Shown: positions 13,088 through 25,000 of the stretch, one piece after another
How the letters are laid out: each line of letters opens with the position of its first letter
How positions within the stretch are numbered: position 1 is the first letter of the stretch
NCBI GenBank assembly: GCA_002633005.1
Contig: NMRA01000207.1
Location: 646,634-697,779, forward strand
Direction of reading: 5' to 3'
Source: Phoronis australis
Lineage: Eukaryota; Animalia; Phoronida
Length of the DNA: 51,146 bases
Translations under genes and position numbers: made by a program
Notes under the pieces: model-generated
Database searches by the model: none
Seen by the model: only the letters and a program-made list of their open reading frames with translations
What the model was told of the DNA's origin: nothing

Positions 13088-16000
13088 CTGAAAACAAGAA
13101 AGAAATCATAAGAGGCCAATTTGAAACAAGGAGGAGGAGTGAGACTTCATGCTTGAAGTCACGCGCACTAATAAAGTGAAGGTGCAAAATTATAACTTGA
13201 CATAAGATAGGAAGGACAACTTGCAGCAATGAATCTAGTCACAGAGATAACCATCAAACTCTGTCGAAATGTACAAAAATTAGAAAACACGACTTAGCCA
13301 GACAAGCAAGTGATCTCGTATAACATAAGTCACTCCTTTTCTTTGGTTCCAGCATATTCAATTCATTCACAGGTAAAATGTAGGACCCAAGAAAAATGTC
13401 CAATTTTGTCCAACTTGGGAGCATCATATTTCACAAATGACTCGTTGGATTCACATGAAACTCGCAGTTACTGTGCTTTAAGCACCGTTCTCCAAAACAA
13501 TATTAAAATGTTCCACTTTCGAATGAGCTGGCAATCAAAAATAGGACTTATCTAATTTTTAATAAGAAAATGAAAGGATAATTTAGAAAAACGTCTACAG
13601 CTCTTCTGAGATTTTATCATGAACATTGATTCATATCATACAACATTTGTCCATTTTGCTATCAATGCACCTTTTCTTCTTTTCTTAACATCACTAAAAG
13701 CATGGACACGTGACCTAAATTAGGGCAGATTGATATAAAGTCAAAAATCAAAATGTACGGAATTTCTACTATCAGATAATATATACCTTTGCCAAATTAA
13801 ATTCCATAGTCTTGTTAATAAGGTCCTATGTTTCTAAGTCATCATTTTCCTGTATAACTAGATGGTTAAAAGCAGCCCCCATCCTACTAATTGTATGCAA
13901 CATCTTCACTTAATAAGTCACATCAAATTCGTAAGCCTACAGATGACATAAACTTCAACTCGATTGAATGCTTGCAATCAATCAATAATTGTAGCAATGC
14001 AAAAATGAACTCTAATGAAGATCAAACTTCTTCCTAGTAAAATACATCCAAGTAGCAATAAATTCCTTTCAGGGCTGTTCCAGTAAAATCCGTGTGGGAG
14101 GGGGGGGACGGCAGTAGAAATAAAAATTCATGGGTGGTTGTCTTCAGAAAAAAACACAAATTATAGGTGGTCGTTCCTGTAAGAAGTGATCCATTAAAAA
14201 TGGGTGGTATTTTTTGACCTGTTAATGTTGACAGGTTGGTTACTTCAGCCCTCAAAACTCAAAAAGAAATGCATATATCCTATCTTAACCCAATACAAAA
14301 AAGCCCATATTGCCAGTGAACAGAGTGCAATATGTTCACTAAGCCATTAATCAAGTCATGGGCAACTTGATTTGAGCCATCTGTTTGTCTGCAGTCCTAT
14401 TTAATTGAAAAGTTATGCAACACTAAACTGGTGTTAACACATATAAGAAAATTGATGATTTTTAAATAAAAAGTATGAGGAGTAAGATGAAAAAAATAAA
14501 CAAGTTCCAATATTCACTTGACATAGAAGTATAAAAGAGTTCGTGGAGACAGTTCATAGATCCTTATAAATGAAAAAATGTTCATTGAAATTATAGACAC
14601 ATGGTGAACAGAGACACCTGGTGGCTGCCAAAAGTATTGCTCACTGCCTACTTTAGTTTTTGACAATATTGGACAAGACAACTAGTTCTTGTCTGTCAAT
14701 CATCTAAGTTCTTAACAGGTCCTCCTGGAGGCAATTTGTTTGCAAGTGTTGGATTTTATATTTTAACCCATTAAAAATAATTAAAAAATTATGGGTCATG
14801 GGTTGGAGAAATAAATGAAAAATATGGGCGGTGGGTAAGAAATAAAAGTGCCTTCCCCCCCCTCCCATACAGATTTTGCTGGAACAGCCCTCAGCAGAAG
14901 CTTGCTATGGTTTTAGAATGTGGTTCCATATCCCACAACGCACCATTTGAATAATCGCCGATTCCTGAAGACAGCTGCTTCATGTTACACCACCAATATT
15001 ACATAACCATATCTAAAAGATGTTGAAACTAAACCTAGTGCAAAACAGGTTTATAATTAATCCTTCTTTGATAAAATTCAAAAGGTTAATCAACTTTGTA
15101 CCTTCGTGAAGTTTTGCGAAAACCGTCCGTAACAACCTGCTCAGTAAAATTTCCTTAACAAATCAAACTGTGCGCTAAACATTTGCAAATTTTCCTGTTG
15201 TGTGTAACTATGTAAATTTGTATGTAATGTATTTATTTATTATAGTTCCAAGTACAATTAATTCAAACAGTTATAGGTATAACATTCATAAGAAAGATAA
15301 GTATCCAGCCCACTTGGGCTTATTAGTCACTTTAACCACCACAAACTCAGATGTAGGCCTACCATAAATGCGTCGGCTTCTAAGTTCAAAAGCAGACTTG
15401 ATATATTTGGCAAATTGCCTAGGAAAATACAGTTTTAACGTATCTAATCTTCTGAAACCTGCAAAGTTCGGGATTTGAAGTGAAACATTATTAAACAGAA
15501 TAAAAGACCTCTTCCGTGAGTTATAAAGAGAACAATCAAACACAAAATGTAGCTCATCCTCTACAGAGCCAGAATCACAACACAAGCAAAGTCTTTCACT
15601 TGCAGGAGTGTTTACATAACGAAATAAATGCAATGGGAGATTTCCTGCTCTAAGCTGAGCCAAAAGAGATCGCTCAGAACGAAATAAATTAATCTTAATT
15701 TGATAATGAGAAATTTCCTATGGTTTGAAACTAATAAACAATTCCATCCACCCTCTGCAGTACAGTTATCTACCTTTTCGCTGGTGCTGAACACTGAAGC
15801 AGAGTCGTTATCTCCCTTTTCACTGGTACTGAACTGTATTGGGATGCCTGATGTTCTTAACAGCTCAATGGTCACATGACAGGTAATAAGCGAGGACATC
15901 TTAAGAATGGCAGCCTGCTTTGAATGGCACGTAGAAAGGTGTATCGTCGTAGGCCATTATATAAATCAGTATGATGTGCTAATGAAGGCTGAAGCAATCC

Positions 16001-19000
16001 AGCACGCCCAGTCTGCTCGCTATTACCTACCTGGTTGTGGTGGTGCCCTGTATCTGGACATGTAGGCCTGAGATGCCATCAGTTGAGGCAGAGGTGGAAG
16101 ACTGGAGGCCAGTGACCTGGATAAAACAAAACAACTTTGAAGGAAGTGTACAACAGACGTGATTAGGCGAGATCTGCCAGACCTAAGTAGCCAGATTTCT
16201 GTTGCACGCCAGAAAGGACGGAATTTATGTGGGGCGTTTGATTTCGTAGCAAAAATTCATATATTGTTGATCAAAGGACTGTGAATAAACACTTCAATCA
16301 ACAGATATTTAACAGAGACTCCCGATGTCACTGAATGTTCAGAGGTTGTGACATGATGAACTCACTGTTCACTACCAATATTTGTTTAGACTGACTGTCA
16401 GAGTACTTAATCATGGCAACCAACAGTAACTAATCTTGGCCACCAACATAGTGCATGCTAATAGCTGTGATGCCACAGCCATGCTTTGTACACCTTACTG
16501 ATCAGTTCATTTAATAGATACTTATATCTAATATATTGAAACTAGGCTCTTTTGCCTTAGTCTTGACAGTACACAAAATATTACAAAGGTCATCAGGGTC
16601 ATGACCTTTTCTAATAAGGAACGCTCTCCGCCAGAACAGAAAATTATGTCAACACAGGTGTCAGGTTCACCAAGTGGTTCAGCGACTGTGCACTCTAGTG
16701 ACCAAACTATGGTAAGGGAGCTACTTTGCAAGTATAAATGCTCCAATAACATGATGTTAGTTTTGGTTTATGGATACAATACACGAGAGATATTAGACTG
16801 GTGAGCAACAATAACACAGACATTCTCACACAGAGGGCACCACTTACCATGTGATATGTAGAGATGCCGAGAATTGAAACTCACACCTCTATATTATGCC
16901 TAATTGTTATCGTATTTCATTAGGTAAAAATTCTAATTAAACCTAACTAGGAATTCAATTACGGAAGCTAATAAAACCATTCAAAAAAACAGTTTTAAAC
17001 CTTGATATCAACCTTGTAGTGTTTTATTGTCCTGAAGTCATCACCAATTTATAATTGCTGGACAACAGCAGTTCATGTGCAGGTCCATCGACAAAGTATA
17101 ACAATTACCTTGAAACGCCTAATGTTTCTAATTTTTTGGTACATTGAACAGTCTCTAACATGTTTTAAAGTGAGGCTATAAAACCCGCATTCTGTCTAAG
17201 AAGTGAACATTTGATTCAATTCACTTAGTCTCAACTGATCATCCATTAGTAAGACTAGAAGTTTGTCGTTCCTCGAGACGAGGCTCGGTGAATAAAATGA
17301 CAAATTGTGACAAACTAACTTGTTGCACCTCGTCTCGAACAATAAAGAAACTGTCACTTCTTTCGAAGCCCCTGAAATCATTTCCAATTTGACAAAGGAA
17401 CAGCTTGAGACTATTTTCATGACTGGTAGTCGTCCAAATCAATTTAAGTGATGGATGGCGGATATATACCTGGAACTTGTTTTACATTTAAGTTACACTT
17501 TGAAGGAGTAGACTTATGGGCCTCCAAAATGGGTGAGGTTTCATTTCTAATTGGCAGCTACAGTAATAAGACTAACTGAAAATCAGAAAAAAATGTATGT
17601 TTCACCATCAATTCTGTCCCAAAATTTGAAGAGTTTTAATTATGCTTGGCAACCATACCACAATATGTGCTTACCCGGCTGCAGGCCAACCATACCCCAA
17701 TATGTGCTTACCTGGCTGCAGGCCAACCCGCTGGTTCTTCAACATTGCTTTCTATAAGTCTGGACAACATTGGTGTTTTGTACTCTTTTGAGGCTGGCTC
17801 TGTCTTGGCAGGGGGTATTGCTGGGCTGACTGGTGAAACTGGACTCACTGAAGCACTGGAAAAGGTCAAGAGGTCATCACCAAGTCATAAACTTTAGAAC
17901 TACTTGTACAATGTTTGAATTGCAGTCTGAATGAATCAATGACACCAGTTACCTCAAAATTTCAAATGATTGCAAAGGGAGCTTTTTTCAGACAGAACAG
18001 CACATTGGATGTTCTTTTTATAGATATGTTCTTTTAGACACAGATGAAGAGGATACCCAATAACTGTCATCAGAGAATTGATGTGCTTGACATCTGTGCA
18101 GAGTCTCATGAAATGTACGGTTTATATTTTTTGCAAGTTGGCTAGTAAATCGACATCTTTATAGCATAATGTGATGGGTACTCGTTTGGGATGCTTATTA
18201 AGAAATTACCGATAGTGAAATATCCCAATGTAGAGAAAGCAGTTTGGTTTTCAAAAACAATGCAGTGTATACCACTGGCACTAGAATATTTAACAGCAGT
18301 GGGCAGTTTCCAAAATACCCTTTCATACTCGGTACACACAAAGTTTGTAAAGAGCAAACCATCGTCATATTTTTGCATGAAAAGATACTATGGCGAAGCC
18401 TCCGTCAGTCAAATCCAACAGGACTAATGTAATCCGACTGAGTTGAAATCTGATTTGTCTGAATTGCCAAGTGCACGAACTAGAAAAACCGAACCACAAA
18501 ATTTGGACAGTCTTAAGCAAAATCTGACTTATGCATGTCTGAATTATGCCAGTGCAGCTGTAAATTCAACTCAAAAGATCTCCAATTAAGACAGACAGGG
18601 AGGGGAGGGCGCTGCCCGAACAACGATTCAAACATGGTGATAATTAGCAAGTTAAGTTTTCACATCCTAAATCTTTCTTTATGCTAATTCATAGAAACAA
18701 CTATAGTTACACAATACTTTCACATGCCGGCATTATCATCACAAAAATAGACCAAAACATTACTAAGCAACACTACTTCAGTCATCTTGTAAAGCACACT
18801 GAACTCTTGGAATTTTCAAACACGATTGAAGATTTCAAACATGGCTCACAGAACAGCAGCAGCATATTTGAATAAATGTAAAGGGGCGCTGTCAGACAAT
18901 TGTAATGACCTACATTCCAAGTGGAGTATTTGCAAACTACGGTACAATTTGGCAATTCAGTATACACACATTGGACCTGTTTCAAGTTACGGTAAATAAA

Positions 19001-22000
19001 ATAAAAGACTAAACTTTTTCAACAGTCTTTATTGCACCAAAGATACAGAAATATCATGATACAATAAGACGTAGTTACCATGGAAACAGATGGTCATTTA
19101 CAAGAAAACATTAACAACTGAGAAATACATAACTTAATACTATAAAAGAATTTCACAATATATGCACACAAAAAGACAAACTCTTTCATAATTTGCACAA
19201 AAATGATTGATTTGTCAAAATAATCCCAACATACATTTCATTTGGTAACATAAGTATCTATTTTTGTGCAATGTTCAACTTCTAGTGTTCAGTAGAAAAA
19301 AGCTAATCAGTAATACCACTATTTTATCGTGTCACCAAACAATAATAAATAAATAAATAAATAATGCGCGGCATTGCTCCCTATCATATAACATATGTAC
19401 ATTTCTCCAATAAATGAATTTTGAATGGTAAACACTAATTTCCAACCATAACTAGAAGTTAATGGTCTCCCAGCTTCATATTTTAATCAGATGATTTTGT
19501 CATTTTGTCTACAATAACATAACTAAGAAGGAGTAGACATGCACGAGTTGTTACCCACAAAACTATGTGAACGAAAATTTAACAAAAGCACACAAAAACA
19601 GACAGCACAGATTTCATAAAACTTAAACGTTCTAAGCTTGCAACGTTCCAATTTTTTTCAATTTTGAACTGTCTATGTTCACCTTTTCAGCCTTTTTATT
19701 CAAAACCACTTCAGAAGCGCACAAGTGCCCAGAGGCCGCGATAGACAATTTCCTATAAATTATACACACTATTGCCAACAAAAATAATATGAAATGATGC
19801 AGTTGAACTGTTATGTCAGCTAATGGCGATGCCATGTTAGCTTGAACAACATAAATACCTTCAAGTCTACAACCCTATCGACATCTTAATCAACCATAGC
19901 CAGAGTGCTGCATAAATAATTCTGATACACAATTTTCCTCAAGATTATGTAGAACCTTATCGGCATGTCTGAATATTTAGCCAAATACAGGATCTACAAA
20001 TTAGATTTCATGTCAGTAGAACTCAACCAACTTTTTAATTATCTGCCATTAACAGGGTCACAGGTTCATGTCTTTAAAAAAAATAAGCAACAAGAGCAAC
20101 GCAGAGCATTGAAATGCGCCCACAAATGCACCGTATACGGTATCCTTCTAGGGTTGTTTATTGGTACCATAAAGTGGCCAGTAGAGGGCATATATGTAGT
20201 ATGTTGTACTTTGCAAAATGGAAACGTATGGTCATTGTCTCCTCAATAGGCTAGGGGCAAAATGTGAGTGATCTTCATAATACAAGCACATCCTATGCAT
20301 CAGTTGCTTAAAGCACCACAGAAACATAGAATTAAAAACAAATTTACCAACATACGAGATTAGCACAGCATTAGAATGCCAGAAACAAATTTCTACTTGG
20401 AACTTTTCCTTCATAGTCACGAAGTAACACAAAGTATACACTTGAAGACCTATGAAAATACAAAGGTCAATGTGAAATACTTAAATTGCCACTAGAGGCA
20501 TACCGGTAGTCAGAATCATCCTAAAGTCGTCATCGTCCGTTGTCAACATCACATAAATACACTTGCTAAATTTAGTAAAGATCCTGCAAACGGTTTGGGA
20601 GATACAGCCATGGGCGCAAAAAAAAACTGCCACTAGGAGGCGCCACAGTAATCAAAGTCATGGGAAATTCAGCGTCAACCGTCCTCTTCATAGTAAGAAC
20701 ATACATGCCAATTTTCACAATCATACTTAGAGCGGTTTGGTTGATAGAGGGGTGGACGCCAAAAAACAGACTNNNNNNNNNNNNNNNNNNNNNNNNNNNN
20801 NNNNNNNNNNNNNNNNNNNNNNNNNNNNNNNNNNNNNNNNNNNNNNNNNNNNNNNNNNNNNNNNNNNNNNNNNNNNNNNNNNNNNNNNNNNNNNNNNNNN
20901 NNNNNNNNNNNNNNNNNNNNGGACTTTTGAAGATACAAAGGTAAGCGTAAAAAACTAAAATTGCTACTAGGGGGCACACCGGTAGTCAAATCCGTCCGAA
21001 AGTCGTCATGTTCCGTTGTTAACATCATATAAATATACTTACACAATTTCGTAAAAATCCAGCGAACGGTTTAGGAAATACAGCCATAGGCGAAAAAAAA
21101 AACAAAACTGCCACTAGGAGGCGCCACAGTAGTCGAAATCGTCGGAAAATCATCTTCAACCATCCTCTACATAGTAAGCATATACATGCCAATTTTCACA
21201 ATCATCCTTTGAGCGGTTTGGTTGGTAGAGGGGTTGACGCACAAAAACACACTCGAAAACACTAAAAATGGCCACTAGGTGGCGCAAACTATGTCGAATC
21301 CATCTGAAAACGGGAGGATAGCGTCGTCTCATTAATAAGTGCCTACATACCAAATTTCATGAAAATCCGTTCAGGACTTTTGAAGATACAAAGGTAAGCG
21401 TAAAAAACTAAAATTGCCACTAGAGGGCACACCGGTAGTTGGATCCGTCCGAAAGTTCGCACATGCCGTCCAATTCATGAATGGAACATATGTGCCAAAT
21501 TTCATGAACATATGTCAAAGGGTTTTGGAGATAGAGCAGCGGACGCCGGACGCCAGACGCCGGACCGACGCCGCCCGTACGGACGGACAGAGATGACGGC
21601 ATAATGCGTCCACATATAAATATGTGGGCGCATAATAAAAGCAGGTGCATCAAAACCAAAATCACAGTATCAAGACGACCAAACCTTGAAACGCTCAAGA
21701 TGAAATTTCAAAAACGCTCAGCCTGGTAGTTTCTCACATTATCACTTTGTTTTCGTTTCATGTGATTTTTGAATTTTTTTACAAAATCACGAGTCCATTT
21801 TTGATAGCTCCTCATATAAAAGTGAACATTTTATTAAAAACAAATTCTCCTAACAGTGTTTTTGACAACATAGCATAAAACATAGTGACTGTCTCATTAG
21901 AATCTGAACACCTATATTTGAGATACCATTTTCCAAACTTGGAAAAGTTCATACTGTTTGCCAGTCCTACAAAACCTTATCAACCTGACTATGTAATATC

Positions 22001-25000
22001 TGCTCCACTTTCACGTTAATGCAATGAAAATCTTAAGAGCAATGGGAACACTGGAACAAACCTGAGAGGCATTTTATAAGAAGACATTTGAAACAAACAA
22101 TGAAATCTTGCCGGCTACCGAATGAGTATCAGGAATTCCAGTGAATCATTGCTAAAATCTTTAAATGTAAATCCATCAAAATACCCAAATTCATTAGAGT
22201 CGAAAACACAGGCAGCAAGTTCTCCAATTTAAGACAGTCTCTAGAATTTGGAACATGGAAACTCCTGCAAAAATGAATTTTCTTGATTCTGAAATTTAGG
22301 ACAAGGGTGATTTTGGCATTCACCAATTTGTTTTTCTATCTACAGAATGGGTAACTCTGCTGTCTTTTCGGAGATTTTTGAATTTTGAACGGCAATTATT
22401 GCCGTTTCTAGAATTTGGAGCAAGCTCTGGCCTTGAGCAAAATAATCGATTTTCAATCCCTGATTGGAGAATTTGAATTTTTTTCTGTTAGGTTAAAGGC
22501 CATAAGTTAGTGAACGTCATGCAAATTCTGAATGAAACAACTAAATACATGTAACTCGTTACTCTGACTAAAATGTTAGTTTACCAAAACAGTTTTATGC
22601 TGTCCAAAGATTCAGAAGAGAACTTAGCGTGCCTTAATTATTGAACATTGCCCATTAGTAAGCAAATTTCCAGTTACTGATAAACACACTGGAGCCAGTC
22701 AGGGGGCCAGTCGCATGGACTTCGTTCTCAGAATATTATCTTGATGAAAGGGGTGACGGGGAGCGCAGAAACAAACAATTAAGAACAAAAATGTGCTTCT
22801 AATGCAATACCAGCCACAGGGTTTTTCACTTAAATTACAAAAAAACTTAGCCAGTAGGTCCCATTCGTACTACTTCCCCGTTTTCAAGGTCGTACTGAGA
22901 ACAAGCTGAGTGTGATTGTGCTCCATTCAAAGGACAGGTAGTAATCAACTTAGTACCAACAGAAGAGGTCAGAATGAAAGTAAAGAAATTCTTGTCAACT
23001 GAAATTATTGAATTATAAATAAAAAGAATAACAGAACAAACATGCAAACAGTAATGCCTGTTTACTGACCAGTGGAGCAGTAAATACAGTGTTTGAACAG
23101 CATGAACAAGCTGAGAAAATGTTTTGATACAGAAATGCTTGCTATACACCGGCCTTCCAAGAACACTAACTGTTATGATATTGGTCTTAAATTTTTCATG
23201 AGTCACATTGGAGGTGATTTCAGGGCTTCACAAAAGAACTCAAGAGCAACCTCTACAAGTCGCCCTGTCATGGAGGGTTATTTTATGTTCCGAGCATAGT
23301 TTGACAGTCAGCACAGACAGAGTCGCAAGTACCTGCCTCAAGTGAACCATAGCTCAGCTAACAACTCAGCGAAGGATTGAAAATATGATAACACTTATCG
23401 CGTTCCACATGGATCGCTCTCCTATGCCATGAGGTATGAAATAGCGGCACACCTCCAGATATGGCAGGCAGGTCAGCAGCCTCGCTTTCACTTTTATGGA
23501 GATTTACATGTTAATATCTGCTGTCTGTATACTTTAGATTTTATATATTTGTCGTGCCGGGAAAGTATTACAGCTGTGCTGTGGTCTGCAATTCCGATTC
23601 AAAGAAGTGGGGTAAGCTAGATAAATGTCCATGGATGCGGGATGTCACATTTCACCCCTTCCTTACAGTTCTGAAGGACAAAAGACACCGAAGACCGTCG
23701 TGCGCACAGTGTTACCATTGTACAACCAATGTAATCTTACCTCACGGCTGAGAAGAGCGGGAGCGCGGAATACAGGGATTGAATGAACTAGTCGCTAGTT
23801 CATTCAATTGTTCTCGTCTTGGTGTGAACTGTTAACTGCTATGGTACATTTGAGGTGGACAGCTCAGCTTGTAGTTAGTTACATGTATGAATAACAAACC
23901 GTTAGTTCTCAAGGAATAACTAACTTCTAGTTCTAAGGAAACCCAGAAATCACTTCTCCTCTGAGAAAGGAATGAGAAGGCATTACGTGGTCTAAATCAA
24001 AACGAGGACGGAACATGGGTTTATAGCCATTTGGAGTAAAAACCACAGCATCCTGGAGCAGCACAAAGGCATACTCATTTTCTTCAAAAATAAATAACAA
24101 TTTTTGTCTTTGAGTATCTCACACTGTACAAAATGGAGACATTTGAAAACCCAATGCATATTGAGTAGTCGAGTCCCCTGGTCAGTATGGGCGAGTCTAA
24201 CCTACTGACATTCGAGACATTTGGGAAAGAGGCTCTAGGTCACTGGAGCTGAAACATAAGACAAGGGGGCATGTGCATATAACAATCTTGTCAAACCAAG
24301 CACAGACAGACACTTGACTACCACTAAGACATTAAGGTCAATGCGGCGTAGACTCATTGTTTAAGAACAAATGTAATATTCAAGAAGAGAAAACACAGCA
24401 TTTTGTTAAAGATGCTGTATCGCACTCACTGATGAACAAACCAACTGACTGTCGTCTGTTTACAACTGACTTTAAAATTATTCTAAGATTGGTAAAACTG
24501 TCTGTGTAACCTGTCTTTGTTGTGTATAGGATTTTTTCCATTTTGGATCTCGTCACACCCAAGGTAACTGACCTATCACCAGGATTTTGAGTGACAGCTG
24601 AACTGACCAATCACAATGCACCATTCTTGACACACCTTTGTTTCCAAGCTGCCATTTTACCCAACAAACAACACATTGCCGAGTAAAACTTTTGTTTGTC
24701 GACATTTTGCAAGGGTGCGGAGCTTGCGATAGGTCAATTATTTCTTAGTATGATCACGGAAGTGGGACGATAGCCATTTCTCATAAGCTGTCATTTCTCA
24801 TGCACAGCAATTCAATATTTAGAACCACATTTCATAGCTCAAGAACCAGCAAATTAAGATTGGGTTTTGACACAAGGAACCCAGAATGCTCTTACATGAA
24901 TCCAGCAAGAGCGAAAAAACTAATGCTCTTGAAGTAAGAACAGAATTGTAATGGTAGAGAAAAAATAACAACTTGTGAGAAGAGATTTGCACTAACAACA

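Noticed and set aside
20572-21046. ORFs spanning the first N-gap
   Set aside because: Open only because of Ns inside a repeat array
20480-21430. CRISPR-like repeat/spacer appearance
   Set aside because: Eukaryotic context, the intervening sequences are homologous to each other, and there are no cas genes
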